Below are positions 17,170-27,347 of a stretch of 64,000 nt of DNA, one piece after another. This stretch comes from an uncultured Candidatus Saccharibacteria bacterium (GTDB lineage: Bacteria; Patescibacteriota; Doudnabacteria; UBA920), in NCBI GenBank assembly GCA_964512925.1, contig CAZEKH010000004.1, positions 72,392 through 136,391 on the forward strand, in the 5' to 3' direction. The position numbers and the translations under genes are program-made. Numbering within the stretch: position 1 is the first letter of the stretch; every line of letters begins with the position of its first letter. The notes beneath the pieces are model-generated. The model was not told where the DNA came from. It saw nothing but the letters and a program-made list of their open reading frames with translations, and searched no databases.

Positions 17170-18012
17170 TTGAATATCAACTGGAAAACTTTTGGACACA
17201 GCCAAATAAAAAATCTGTTAGCTAAACAGCTTGAACACCAAAGGGTTCAAGGGGCTTATTTGTTTTTGGGCATTCCCGGAGTGGGTAAAAAAACTTTGGC
17301 TCTGGAGTTTTGTGAAAAAATATTGAAGACCGAGAATTTATCCACTCACCCGGATTTTTTTCTTTTTGACAAAGGTGAAGAAGAGATTTCCGTTGAAAGT
17401 TTAAGGGAATTTTCCGATAAGTTTTTTTTAAGTCCCGTCATGGGAGGGTATAAAACCGTAGTTATAAACAACATTCATAATTTAAATACTTTTAGCGCTA
17501 ATTCTCTTCTCAAAACACTCGAAGAGCCGGCAAAAAATACTGTTATCATTATGCTGTCTGAAAAACCACCTCTTCCAACAATACTTTCCCGCAGCCAGAT
17601 TTTTCGCTTCGGGAGGCTTTCCAGGCTTGAGGTGGATAATTGGCTTGCCTCATATAAGAACAATATTCCCGCCAATTTGATTAGCTGGGGGCGTGGCCAG
17701 GTTGGTTTTTTATACCAAGCTATCAAGGCCGGCCATGCTGAAATTTTAGCTGAATGGCAGGCGGAAAGAATAGAAATCCTTTCAGAAAAACCGGGTGTAA
17801 GGCTTAGGTTAATACCTAAATTTTCAGAAATGGAACTTGGAACAATGCTGGAATATGTGGATTTTTGGACAACTTTAGAATTGGACGAACTTGCGGAAAA
17901 TCCAAACAATTTTTTTCGCCTCAGACTGTTGCAGGAGCTTCGTAATAAATTGGCATTCAACGGTTTTAACAAAAAATTGCTTTTTCAGCAATTTTTATTG
18001 GAACTTAAATAA
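17170..18012 (+). CDS. holB: DNA polymerase III delta-prime subunit
   Basis: AYLFLGIPGVGK, HPD, ANSLLKTLEEP, PTILSR. Confidence 0.9.
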   Translation: MNINWKTFGHSQIKNLLAKQLEHQRVQGAYLFLGIPGVGKKTLALEFCEKILKTENLSTHPDFFLFDKGEEEISVESLREFSDKFFLSPVMGGYKTVVINNIHNLNTFSANSLLKTLEEPAKNTVIIMLSEKPPLPTILSRSQIFRFGRLSRLEVDNWLASYKNNIPANLISWGRGQVGFLYQAIKAGHAEILAEWQAERIEILSEKPGVRLRLIPKFSEMELGTMLEYVDFWTTLELDELAENPNNFFRLRLLQELRNKLAFNGFNKKLLFQQFLLELK

Positions 18013-18017
18013 AAATT

Positions 18018-19082
18018 ATGTTTAAAAAAAGAAAAAAAATATTTTTGTTGTTTGTTTTGCTCTTGCTTTCGGCATCGTGCAATCCTTTTGCCAAAAACCA
18101 GCAGGCGGGAATTTATAAAACTTCAAACGGGGGAACGGATTGGCAGGCGGTTAACGCGCTTAAAACCGGAGGCAGTATCAGCCTGGCTCGGGTTACCAAG
18201 ATGTATTTTGATCCAAAAAATCACGAGACAGTTTTTGCCGGCACGCATAACCAAGGACTTTTGCGATCCACGGATTTTGGAGTTTCCTGGGAAAAGATTT
18301 TGTCAAAAATTTTGGTTTTTGATGTGGCTATTGATCCCAATAAAAATAGCACAATTTATGCAGCTGGTACTTATAACGGATTTGGAAAAATTTTAAAAAC
18401 TGAAGATAGCGGAAAAAGCTGGGTGGAAGTATATAACGAACAGGGGTCAGAGAATCCGGTCAGGGCTTTAGTTTTAGATACTGGCAATCCGATGGTTATA
18501 TATGCGGGTACCACGGCAGGCAACGTGGTAAAGTCAGTAGATGCTGGAAAAAGCTGGAAGCTGTTATATAGTTTTAATGACAGGGTGCAAAAAATTGGAT
18601 TTCAAAATAACAGAGTTTATGTGTTAACCAGGAGCAAAGGTCTTTTCGCCGCATCCTCTTCTTCTGTTGAAGTTTTTACAAATTTAACCGAGAAACTGAC
18701 AACTTTGTATGATTCTCAAAATTTTGGTTTTAATCAAGCCCAGGTTGGAACTTTTAACCAGTTTTTTGTAGACGAAGCCTCGGGAAACCTGATATATTTA
18801 ACTACTGACAAGGGTTTGCATAAATCTGTGGATTTTGGACAAAATTGGCAGTTTATGCCTTTACCCATAAAACAGGGTGACAGCTTTGCCAGGGCAATCG
18901 CCATTTCAAAAAATAGCAGTAATATTGTTTATGTTAGTGTAGGAACCACGGTCTACAAATCAACAGACGGGGGTCAAAGTTTTCAAACCCAGGGCCTTCA
19001 GGCTGGCGGGTACATAAATTACATTTTAGTAGATCCGCAATACCCTCAGATTGCTTTTGCCGGAATATATTATGATCAATAA
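18018..19082 (+). CDS. BNR/Asp-box beta-propeller lipoprotein (YCF48/VPS10-like)
   Basis: Lipobox LSASC; repeated SxDxGxxW motifs. Confidence 0.85.
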   Translation: MFKKRKKIFLLFVLLLLSASCNPFAKNQQAGIYKTSNGGTDWQAVNALKTGGSISLARVTKMYFDPKNHETVFAGTHNQGLLRSTDFGVSWEKILSKILVFDVAIDPNKNSTIYAAGTYNGFGKILKTEDSGKSWVEVYNEQGSENPVRALVLDTGNPMVIYAGTTAGNVVKSVDAGKSWKLLYSFNDRVQKIGFQNNRVYVLTRSKGLFAASSSSVEVFTNLTEKLTTLYDSQNFGFNQAQVGTFNQFFVDEASGNLIYLTTDKGLHKSVDFGQNWQFMPLPIKQGDSFARAIAISKNSSNIVYVSVGTTVYKSTDGGQSFQTQGLQAGGYINYILVDPQYPQIAFAGIYYDQ

Positions 19083-19097
19083 TTAAATTTTTAATTT

Positions 19098-19655
19098 ATG
19101 ACAGATTCAGTTATAAGTTCGCATAAGCCGAATTTTGAAAAAGTTTTAGAACACTATATGCACGACCTGTCTTCGGTTAGGACGGGGAGGGCTAACCCCG
19201 CTCTTTTAAATACCGTCACAGTTGAAAGTTATGGTTCAAAACTTCCTCTAGAACACGTAGCTTCGGTTACAGTTTCAGACGCAAAAACTTTGACTATAAG
19301 TCCGTGGGACAAAGGCCAGCTCCAGGCCATAGAAAAAGGCATCCAGCTTGCAAACCTCGGGTTTAACCCGTCAAATGACGGCATAGTTATCCGCATTAAC
19401 CTTCCGCCAATGAGCGAGGAGCGCAGGAAGGAAATGGTTAAAATGGTGGGGCAATTGGCTGAAAAAGCGAAAATTGGCGTAAGGAACGTACGGGAAGACG
19501 CGATGAAAGAAATGAAAAAAGCCGAAGCAGACGGAAAAATTTCTAAGGACGAACTGACTGGCGGACAGAAAAAACTCCAGGAAGTGGTAGACAAATACAA
19601 CGAAGAGATAAAAAAACACGCAGAGAGCAAGGAAAAAGAAGTACTCACAGTTTAA
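19098..19655 (+). CDS. frr: Ribosome recycling factor
   Basis: VRTGRANP, PPMSEERRKE. Confidence 0.97.
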   Translation: MTDSVISSHKPNFEKVLEHYMHDLSSVRTGRANPALLNTVTVESYGSKLPLEHVASVTVSDAKTLTISPWDKGQLQAIEKGIQLANLGFNPSNDGIVIRINLPPMSEERRKEMVKMVGQLAEKAKIGVRNVREDAMKEMKKAEADGKISKDELTGGQKKLQEVVDKYNEEIKKHAESKEKEVLTV

Positions 19656-19780
19656 ATTGACCTAAGTATTCTAATTTCTAATTGCCCTAAATATTTATTA
19701 ATCAGATTGGGATTTATTTAGAATAATTAGAACAATTAAAGAATTAGAAATTTGCAAATTAAATTAACAGAAATATTTAA

Positions 19781-20932
19781 ATGTTTTTTACCATAATAAT
19801 ATTTATAGCTATATTAGGTTTACTTGTACTGGTTCACGAGTTTGGGCATTTTATAGTGGCTAAAAAGTCGGGGATGGTGGTACACGAGTTTGGGTTTGGG
19901 TTTCCACCCCGCCTGTTCGGATTTTATAAGAGTCAGGGCAAGTGGAAATTAATATTTGGACATTCAAAGATTAAAACAGAAAATAATACAGAACAGGCGG
20001 GGCAAGCCCCTTTAGAATCTACCATATACTCTATAAATCTTTTGCCACTTGGGGGTTTTGTGAAGATAATGGGGGAAAACAACGACGAAGCCAGTGACCC
20101 AAGGTCTTTTGTAAACCGCCCTTTTTGGCCCAGGTTTTTTACTCTAGTGGCCGGGGTGGTTATGAATGTAGTTTTAGCTTGGTTTTTAATCTCAATTGGA
20201 TATATAATTGGTCTTCCTGCCGGGGTGCAGGATATTGCGGATTTGCCTCAAAATGCCCAGTTTAAGGAAGTCAGCTTAAAGATCAGTCAGGTGCAGGAAA
20301 ATTCCCCGGCTTTTCAGGCTGGGCTCAACGCGCTTGACCAGGTGGTTTCAGTTGATGGAAAAAATTTCACCAAGCCATCAGATCTGAGAAACTATATTTT
20401 GGAAAACAAAGGCAGAGAATTTGCTTTTCAGATAAAAAGGCAGGAGGAAAATCTGGAGTTAAAAGTTAAATCCAGAAGCGAGTATGGTCCCAACGAAGGC
20501 CCAACCGGCATTGGTTTGGATTTGGTGGGAAAACTTTCCTATTCTCCTTCGGTTGCGTTTATAGAAGGATTTAAAACCACGGGAGCTCAATTGGTAAATA
20601 TCACTCAGGGTTTTTACCAGCTAGTTTCCTCCAAAGCCGGACTTTCAGGGCTAGGTGGGCCGGTTAAAATAGCTAAGATTACTGGTCAGGTGGCGGATTT
20701 GGGTTTTTCGTATTTAATCCAGTTTGCGTCGTTTTTATCTTTAAATTTAGCTTTTTTAAACATTTTGCCCTTCCCAGCTTTGGACGGCGGCAGGATTTTG
20801 TTTTTAATTGTTGAAAAAATCCGTGGGCAAAAAAATAACCAAAAGTTTGAACAATGGGCCAACACCGCAGGTTTTGCCTTGTTGCTACTTTTGATGCTTT
20901 TAGTCACTATTAAAGATATTAGGGGAATATAA
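19781..20932 (+). CDS. rseP: RIP metalloprotease RseP
   Basis: HEFGH, PLGGFVK, PDZ domain, NILPFPALDGG. Confidence 0.95.
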   Translation: MFFTIIIFIAILGLLVLVHEFGHFIVAKKSGMVVHEFGFGFPPRLFGFYKSQGKWKLIFGHSKIKTENNTEQAGQAPLESTIYSINLLPLGGFVKIMGENNDEASDPRSFVNRPFWPRFFTLVAGVVMNVVLAWFLISIGYIIGLPAGVQDIADLPQNAQFKEVSLKISQVQENSPAFQAGLNALDQVVSVDGKNFTKPSDLRNYILENKGREFAFQIKRQEENLELKVKSRSEYGPNEGPTGIGLDLVGKLSYSPSVAFIEGFKTTGAQLVNITQGFYQLVSSKAGLSGLGGPVKIAKITGQVADLGFSYLIQFASFLSLNLAFLNILPFPALDGGRILFLIVEKIRGQKNNQKFEQWANTAGFALLLLLMLLVTIKDIRGI

Positions 20933-20968
20933 CGAAAATTGCTTGGCTCCTTAGATTATTTCTGTTTT

Positions 20969-21481
20969 ATGGTTCAAGATCAAAAAAATTACGCTTTTAT
21001 TGACAGTCAAAATTTGAATCTGGGCGTGAGAAGCCAAGGTTGGGTTTTAGATTTTACAAGATTTAGGATTTTTTTAAGGGACAAATATAAAATAGAAAAG
21101 GCTTTTTTATTTATTGGTTTTATCCCTGAAAATCAATCCTTATACACTGAGCTTCAAAAGGCAGGTTACATTTGTATTTTTAAGCCAACTTTGGAAATTA
21201 AGCAAAATCATAAAGTTAAAGTAAAGGGTAATGTAGACGCAGAGTTAGTTTTGCACACAATGATTGAATATAAAAATTATGAAAAGGCCGTTATTGTTTC
21301 AGGAGATGGTGACTTTCATTGTCTCATTGAGTTTTTGATGGTTCAAAATAAGCTTTTAAAAATTATTGTTCCTAATAATAAATATTCAAGTTTGTTAAAA
21401 AAATTTAGTTTATATATAGCTAATATTTCGCTTTTTAGAAAAAAAGTTGAAAATAAAAAGAACGGCATTCCCGCGGGATAA
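20969..21481 (+). CDS. NYN/LabA (DUF88, PIN-fold) domain ribonuclease
   Basis: FIDSQNL, KGNVDAELV, VSGDGDF acidic motifs. Confidence 0.9.
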   Translation: MVQDQKNYAFIDSQNLNLGVRSQGWVLDFTRFRIFLRDKYKIEKAFLFIGFIPENQSLYTELQKAGYICIFKPTLEIKQNHKVKVKGNVDAELVLHTMIEYKNYEKAVIVSGDGDFHCLIEFLMVQNKLLKIIVPNNKYSSLLKKFSLYIANISLFRKKVENKKNGIPAG

Positions 21482-21509
21482 ACCCTTTGGTAGTCCGTTC
21501 ATCGTGATA
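21453..21509 (-). ncRNA. Candidate structured antisense sRNA at the NYN gene 3' end
   Basis: TTGACA-N16-TATGAT promoter (21542-21515); GAACGG/CCGUUC stem, inner GGG/CCC hairpin, U-tract. Confidence 0.55.
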
Positions 21510-21551
21510 CATAAATCATATCAAATTTAAACATTTTGTCAAGTAAACTCT

Positions 21552-22778
21552 ATGCGCCAATCTAAATATTTTTTAAAGACATCTAAAAATAAACCGGCTG
21601 AGGATTTGTCCATTAACGCTGTGTTTTTAGAACAGGGCGGTTTTGTGCAAAAAGTTATGGCCGGGGTGTATTCCTACCTGCCTTTGGGAATGAGAATTTT
21701 AAGGAAAATTGAAAATATTGTCAGGGAAGAAATGGATGCTATCGGCGGACAAGAGGTGTTTATGCCTTCGCTTCACCCCAAAGCCAATTGGGAAACCACT
21801 GACAGGTGGAAAAATATGGATGTGCTTTTTAAGATAAAATCACAGCATAACTATGAGTACGCCTTGGGTCCGACCCACGAAGAAATAGTCACCCCAATGG
21901 CATTGCCTATTATAAATAGTTACAAAGACTTGCCTTTAGCGGTATATCAGATACAGACGAAATTTCGCGATGAAGCTCGGGCCAAATCCGGGTTATTGCG
22001 GGGGAGGGAATTCAGGATGAAGGATTTATATAGTTTTCATTCGGATTCAAAAGATTTGGCAAGCTATTATGAAAATATGGCTGTGCCGGCTTATAAAAAT
22101 ATTTTTAAAAGGCTCGGGCTTGACGCGATATATACTGAAGCGTCGGGCGGGACTTTTAGCAAGTTTTCCCATGAATTTCAGGTGGCGATTCCAAGCGGCG
22201 AAGATACTATTTATATTTGTGAAAAATGCGAGATGGGAAAAAATAAAGAAGTTTTTTCCGAAGGTGTTGATTGCACGATTTGCGGCAAAACCGCCTGGCA
22301 GGAAGTTTCGGCTTCAGAAGTCGGAAATATTTTTAAGCTGGAAACAAAATTTTCTTCCGCGTTTAACTTAAATTATACTGACAAAGACGGGGAGAAAAAA
22401 CCGGTTGTTATGGGCTGCTATGGCATTGGCACTTCAAGGCTGATGGGCGTGTTGGTAGAAAAACATAATGATGAAAAAGGAATTATATGGCCGGAGGCGG
22501 TGGCTCCATTTAGGGTTCATTTAATAGCGCTTAAAGGCGCGGAAAACAAGGCTGACGAGCTTTACGCGTCTTTGACTTCCGCCGGGGTTGAGGTATTATA
22601 TGACGACAGGGACATAAGCGCGGGGGCGAAGTTTGCGGATGCGGATTTAATAGGTATTCCTTATAGGGTGGTGGTTTCGGCCAAAACTTTAGAAAAAGAA
22701 TCTGTAGAGGTAAAAAAGCGAAGTGAAAGTGAAGCGAATTTGGTAAAGATTGGTGATTTATTGAATTTTTTTAATTAA
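21552..22778 (+). CDS. proS: Prolyl-tRNA synthetase (short form, no editing insertion)
   Basis: LGPTHEE, FRDEARAKSGLLRGREF, MGCYGIG, KFADADLIG. Confidence 0.95.
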   Translation: MRQSKYFLKTSKNKPAEDLSINAVFLEQGGFVQKVMAGVYSYLPLGMRILRKIENIVREEMDAIGGQEVFMPSLHPKANWETTDRWKNMDVLFKIKSQHNYEYALGPTHEEIVTPMALPIINSYKDLPLAVYQIQTKFRDEARAKSGLLRGREFRMKDLYSFHSDSKDLASYYENMAVPAYKNIFKRLGLDAIYTEASGGTFSKFSHEFQVAIPSGEDTIYICEKCEMGKNKEVFSEGVDCTICGKTAWQEVSASEVGNIFKLETKFSSAFNLNYTDKDGEKKPVVMGCYGIGTSRLMGVLVEKHNDEKGIIWPEAVAPFRVHLIALKGAENKADELYASLTSAGVEVLYDDRDISAGAKFADADLIGIPYRVVVSAKTLEKESVEVKKRSESEANLVKIGDLLNFFN

Positions 22779-22871
22779 ATTTTCAATTTTCAATTTTTTC
22801 CGCAATGCGGAATCTGGTTTTACCGGACAATTTTCAGTAAATAATTTAAATATATATTTAAAAATTTGTTG

Positions 22872-22903
22872 GAAATTGTAAAATTGTAAAATTGTAAAAT
22901 TGT
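22872..22903. repeat. 8-mer tandem repeat (AAATTGTA)n
   Basis: gaaattgtaaaattgtaaaattgtaaaattgt. Confidence 0.7.
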
Positions 22904-22915
22904 TTAGGGACTGAA

Positions 22916-23971
22916 TTGTTTTTTGACAAATTTTACCAAAAATTTTCCAAGGATATCGGGATTGACCTTGGCACGGCAAATACCCTCGTCTATGTAAAAG
23001 GCAAGGGGATTGTTATCAATGAGCCCTCAGTAGTTGCAATCAACCAGAGAACTAAGCAGATTTTAGCCATTGGCACCGAAGCTCGCAAAATGGTGGGTCG
23101 CACGCCTCCGCATATTGTCGCTACACGCCCTCTGGTTGACGGGGTGATTTCGGATTTTGAAGTTACCGAAGCAATGCTCCGGTATTTTATAGACAAAGTC
23201 CACAGCCAGGTTTATCCTTTTTTACGCCGCCCACGGGTTGTGATCGGTATTCCGTCAGGAGTTACTGAAGTTGAGAAGAGGGCGGTAGTAGATGCCGCTA
23301 TAAACGCCGGCGCCAGCCAAGCGTTTTTGATTGAAGAGCCTATGGCTGCCGCCATAGGCGCTCGTTTGCCTGTCCAGGATGCTACGGGAAGTATGATTGT
23401 GGATATAGGTGGCGGAACCACCGAGATAGCGGTTTTGTCTTTGGGCGGCGTGGTGCTGTCCCGGTCTTTGCGCATTGCCGGAGACGAAATGAACGGCAAT
23501 ATTATCAATTTCGCCAGGGAGCATTCCAATTTGCTTTTGGGAGTCAGAACAGCCGAGGCTGTAAAAATAGAAATTGGCAGCGCTTACCAGCTTGAAAAAC
23601 CTTTGTATACCACGATGCGCGGCAGGGATTTGGTTTCTGGGCTGCCCAAAGAGGTGAATATATCTGATACGCAGGTTAGGGAAGCCTTATCTTCCAGTTT
23701 GAGGTCAATAGTAAGCAATATCAAAAGCGTGATTGAAGAAATTCCTCCGGAGTTGATTTCCGATATTATGCATCGGGGTATTATTTTGGCCGGAGGCGGA
23801 GCTTTGCTTAGAGGGCTTAGTACTTTAATTCAGGAGGCTACTGGGATGCCTGTTTCCGTTGCTGAGGATCCTTTGACAGCGGTTGCGAGAGGAACCGGGG
23901 TTGTGGTTGAGGATTTGGAGAATCTTAAAGATGTTTTGGTTCCTGCGGAATTCGGAAAAATTCCCAGATAA
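22916..23971 (+). CDS. mreB: Rod shape-determining protein MreB
   Basis: IDLGTANT, EEPMAAAIGA, VDIGGGTTE. Confidence 0.97.
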   Translation: MFFDKFYQKFSKDIGIDLGTANTLVYVKGKGIVINEPSVVAINQRTKQILAIGTEARKMVGRTPPHIVATRPLVDGVISDFEVTEAMLRYFIDKVHSQVYPFLRRPRVVIGIPSGVTEVEKRAVVDAAINAGASQAFLIEEPMAAAIGARLPVQDATGSMIVDIGGGTTEIAVLSLGGVVLSRSLRIAGDEMNGNIINFAREHSNLLLGVRTAEAVKIEIGSAYQLEKPLYTTMRGRDLVSGLPKEVNISDTQVREALSSSLRSIVSNIKSVIEEIPPELISDIMHRGIILAGGGALLRGLSTLIQEATGMPVSVAEDPLTAVARGTGVVVEDLENLKDVLVPAEFGKIPR

Positions 23972-24031
23972 TCAGATGTCAGAAGATGTAAGATACTTAA
24001 AGTATACCTAGAGTTTTAAATTGAGTAGTTT

Positions 24032-24829
24032 ATGAAATTTTTTCCCAATAAGACGATAAGCTGGTTTTTTGTCGCATTTTTTTTTATAACAGTTTTATTT
24101 GGTTTAGAAACAGTAGGGCGGCTAAACAACGTAAGGGCGGTATTTTTACATATCCCGCAGCCTATTATTAGAGTGTTTTCTTCCATAATTTCGCCTGTGC
24201 ATAGTTTTTTTACCACAGCCTTCAGGCTAAAAGCTCTTGTGAAGGAAAATGCAATTTTAGAGAGCGAAATGTTTAGACTTGAGCAAGAAACTGCAAGACT
24301 TAAAAGTCAGGAGCGCGAAAATGAAACCTTGCGTAAAGAATTGGGATTTGTTCAGGTGAGTAAGTTGAATTTGCAGCCGTGCTCCGTGTTGTCTGAAAAT
24401 ATTTTTAAGATCTCGGATACAATCCTGTTAGATTGCGGCTCAGAACAGGGCGTAACAGAAGGTCAAGCGGTCATTTCTCAGGGGTATTTGGCTGGCAAAG
24501 TTGTTTATGTGTCGCAGAGAACCAGTACTGTTATTTTAACCACTGCTTCGGCTTTTTTGGTAGATGCCAAGACGAGCGATAGCGGAACACCGGCGGTTGT
24601 CAGAGGGTCTTTTGGGTCAGGGATGTTTGTTGATCAGCTTCCGCAAGATTTACAAGTACAGAAAGGTTGGATGGTTGTTACAGCTGGTATAAACCAAAAA
24701 ATTCCCAAGGATATTTTAATTGGCAAGGTAAACGAAATTACCTCCACAAATAACGCTCTATTTAAAAAAGCCACGCTTATCTCGCCAATAAATTTCGGCA
24801 TGTTAAGATTTGTTTTTGTAGTGAAATAA
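24032..24829 (+). CDS. mreC: Rod shape-determining protein MreC
   Basis: TM, coiled coil (ENETLRKEL), beta domain; position after mreB. Confidence 0.9.
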   Translation: MKFFPNKTISWFFVAFFFITVLFGLETVGRLNNVRAVFLHIPQPIIRVFSSIISPVHSFFTTAFRLKALVKENAILESEMFRLEQETARLKSQERENETLRKELGFVQVSKLNLQPCSVLSENIFKISDTILLDCGSEQGVTEGQAVISQGYLAGKVVYVSQRTSTVILTTASAFLVDAKTSDSGTPAVVRGSFGSGMFVDQLPQDLQVQKGWMVVTAGINQKIPKDILIGKVNEITSTNNALFKKATLISPINFGMLRFVFVVK

Positions 24830-24839
24830 TATTCATTTA

Positions 24840-25370
24840 ATGAAATATTTGATATTTTTGCTCGGCATAATTTTTTTGGTCTCCATCAATATGGGTTTTT
24901 TTTCGTACTTAAGAATATATTTGACACTACCAAATTTGTTGCTGATGTCAGCAATAGTTTTTCCTATGTTAAGCCAGAAAGATGATTTTATTTTTTTTGC
25001 TTTTTTTTGCGGTTTGTTTGCGGATTTTTTTTACAGCATATATTTTGGTCCTTTTGCAGCAGCGTTTTTAATAGCCGCATTTTTTATCAGGTTTGTTTCT
25101 GAAAAATTTGTTTCTCCGCTTTCCGGCATTAAGACATATCTGACATTGTTTGTTGCGGGCGTCTTTTTTACCCATATATTGATTTATATTTTTCAAAATT
25201 TAATAGAAAGTTTGGGACGTCCTCTATACACAGTGCCTATGCGTGAAAGTTTATTTATGTTGATGGGTGAGCTGTTATGGGGTATAATTCTGTTGCCGGC
25301 TGTATGGAAATTCCTGAAGTATTTGATTGAAATCAATGAAAAATTTTTTTCAAAAAGAAAAGTTTTTTAA
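24840..25370 (+). CDS. mreD: Rod shape-determining protein MreD
   Basis: Polytopic, PNLLL and GLFAD motifs; synteny. Confidence 0.75.
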   Translation: MKYLIFLLGIIFLVSINMGFFSYLRIYLTLPNLLLMSAIVFPMLSQKDDFIFFAFFCGLFADFFYSIYFGPFAAAFLIAAFFIRFVSEKFVSPLSGIKTYLTLFVAGVFFTHILIYIFQNLIESLGRPLYTVPMRESLFMLMGELLWGIILLPAVWKFLKYLIEINEKFFSKRKVF

Positions 25371-25373
25371 ACT

Positions 25374-27335
25374 ATGCAAAATCCTTTTGAAACAAAAAAT
25401 TTTATTGACAGTAAAAAAAAATCCGGTTTTTTAGAGTGGGAAGAATCTGCTGTAGATAAAGAATCAGGCGTGGAAGAGCTGTTAGACCAGCAGCGTGAAA
25501 GTCCAAAATTGGGCTGGTTAAAATTTTTTTTGTTTTTTTGTTTTTTTATCCTTGGCTACCGTATTTTTAGCCTGCAGATTTTAGGTTATGAAAATTTTAG
25601 CAAGCTGTCGGAAAATAACAGAACCAGAAAATTTCCGTTAATTGCGCCACGGGGTTTGATTTATGATATAAATGGGCAAATTATTGCTCAAAATTCTGCT
25701 AGCTTTTCATTGGTGGCTGTGCCATTTGATTTGCCAAAGAATCAAATTGATTTGGAATTGGAAGTAAAAAGCCTTTCAGCTTTGTTTTCTTTAGACGCGG
25801 ACAAAATTTTAAATATTTTGATACGCAATAAGCAGGGAGGCCTTACCCCGGTGGTGGTAAAGAGGGGACTTAGCGCCGAAGAAAGTATTTTATTTCAAAC
25901 TTATTTTGCAGATTTTCCGGGTTTTTCCATACAAAAAAATCCAACCAGGCTGTATCCGCAAAAAGATTTATTTTCACACATTTTGGGTTATACCGGTCTG
26001 ATTTCAAAAACCGAAAAAAATGCTGAAATCTATAAAAATTATGATGATATTGATATTGTTGGCAAGAGCGGAGTGGAAAAACAGTATGAAGAGTATTTGC
26101 ACGGTGAAAATGGGCAGAGCCTGATTGAGGTTGATGCTTCGGGCAAGCTAATAAATATCATCGGTGAAGATGAAGCTAAGCCGGGTTATAACGCCATATT
26201 GAATATTGATTTAGAATTGCAGAAGAAATTTTATGACAGTTTAAAAAATTCAAGACCCTCTGGAAGCATTAAGGCGGCGGCAGTGGCTTTAAATCCAAAA
26301 AATGGGAATATTCTGGCCTTGGTCAGTTTGCCAGGTTATGATAACAATATTTTTTCCGGCGGGCTTTCTGACGAAGAATATTCAATTTTGTTTGATGATG
26401 CAAATTTGCCATTGTTTAACCGGGTTATTGCCGGAACATATCCGCCAGGTTCTACAGTAAAGCCCGGAGTGGGCGCTGCCGCCTTGCAGGAAAAAATAGC
26501 AACGCCGGATACGGTAATCGTAGATAAAGGCGTTTTGGTTGTTCCTAATCAATTTAACCCCTCTCTTGCTTATAATTTTTACGGATGGAAACGTTCGGGT
26601 TTGGGACCTATGAATTTAGCTTCCGCCATAGCTGAAAGCAGTGATATATATTTTTATACCATAGCGGGCGGGTATCCGAATACCGGTATTTCCGGGCTGG
26701 GCGCAGAAAAGCTTTCTGCATACTTAAAAAAATTCGGTTTTGGTTCAATAACCGGGATCGATATTCCAGGAGAAAAGCCAGGCTTAGTTCCAGATCCCGA
26801 GTGGAAAGCCGAGTATTTTAAAAATGACGATATTTTGAGCAAGTGGTACTTGGGAAACACATATCATTTGGGTATTGGTCAGGGGGATATGCTTGCCACG
26901 CCTCTTCAAGTGGCGAATTTAACCGCAGTTTTTGCCAACAATGGAAAAACTTTTAAACCTAATATTCTAAATAAAATCGTTGATGAAAAAGGAAAATTAA
27001 TTTTTCAGCCAAAGCCAGAAGTTTTAATTTCAAATTTTGTTGATCAGCAGAATATTCGGGAAATTCAAAAAGGAATGAGGCAAACAGTGTTGTCCGGTTC
27101 AGCTGTTCAGTTAAAGGATTTGCCAATTAGCGCGGCTGGAAAAACGGGAACATCCCAATTTGACGGAGCAGATTTGAAAAAAACTCATGCTTGGTTTACA
27201 GCTTACGCTCCGTATGAAGATCCTCAGATTGTGCTGGCAATTTTGGTTGAGGCGGGTGGAGAGGGTCATTCGGTTGCGGTGCCTGTTGCCAAAGAGGTGT
27301 TAAAATGGTGGTCGGAAAACAGGTTAAAAAATTAA
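25374..27335 (+). CDS. mrdA: Penicillin-binding protein 2
   Basis: APRGLIYD, GSTVK (SxxK), SSD, KTGT. Confidence 0.92.
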   Translation: MQNPFETKNFIDSKKKSGFLEWEESAVDKESGVEELLDQQRESPKLGWLKFFLFFCFFILGYRIFSLQILGYENFSKLSENNRTRKFPLIAPRGLIYDINGQIIAQNSASFSLVAVPFDLPKNQIDLELEVKSLSALFSLDADKILNILIRNKQGGLTPVVVKRGLSAEESILFQTYFADFPGFSIQKNPTRLYPQKDLFSHILGYTGLISKTEKNAEIYKNYDDIDIVGKSGVEKQYEEYLHGENGQSLIEVDASGKLINIIGEDEAKPGYNAILNIDLELQKKFYDSLKNSRPSGSIKAAAVALNPKNGNILALVSLPGYDNNIFSGGLSDEEYSILFDDANLPLFNRVIAGTYPPGSTVKPGVGAAALQEKIATPDTVIVDKGVLVVPNQFNPSLAYNFYGWKRSGLGPMNLASAIAESSDIYFYTIAGGYPNTGISGLGAEKLSAYLKKFGFGSITGIDIPGEKPGLVPDPEWKAEYFKNDDILSKWYLGNTYHLGIGQGDMLATPLQVANLTAVFANNGKTFKPNILNKIVDEKGKLIFQPKPEVLISNFVDQQNIREIQKGMRQTVLSGSAVQLKDLPISAAGKTGTSQFDGADLKKTHAWFTAYAPYEDPQIVLAILVEAGGEGHSVAVPVAKEVLKWWSENRLKN

Positions 27336-27347
27336 TCGACGTCTCGT

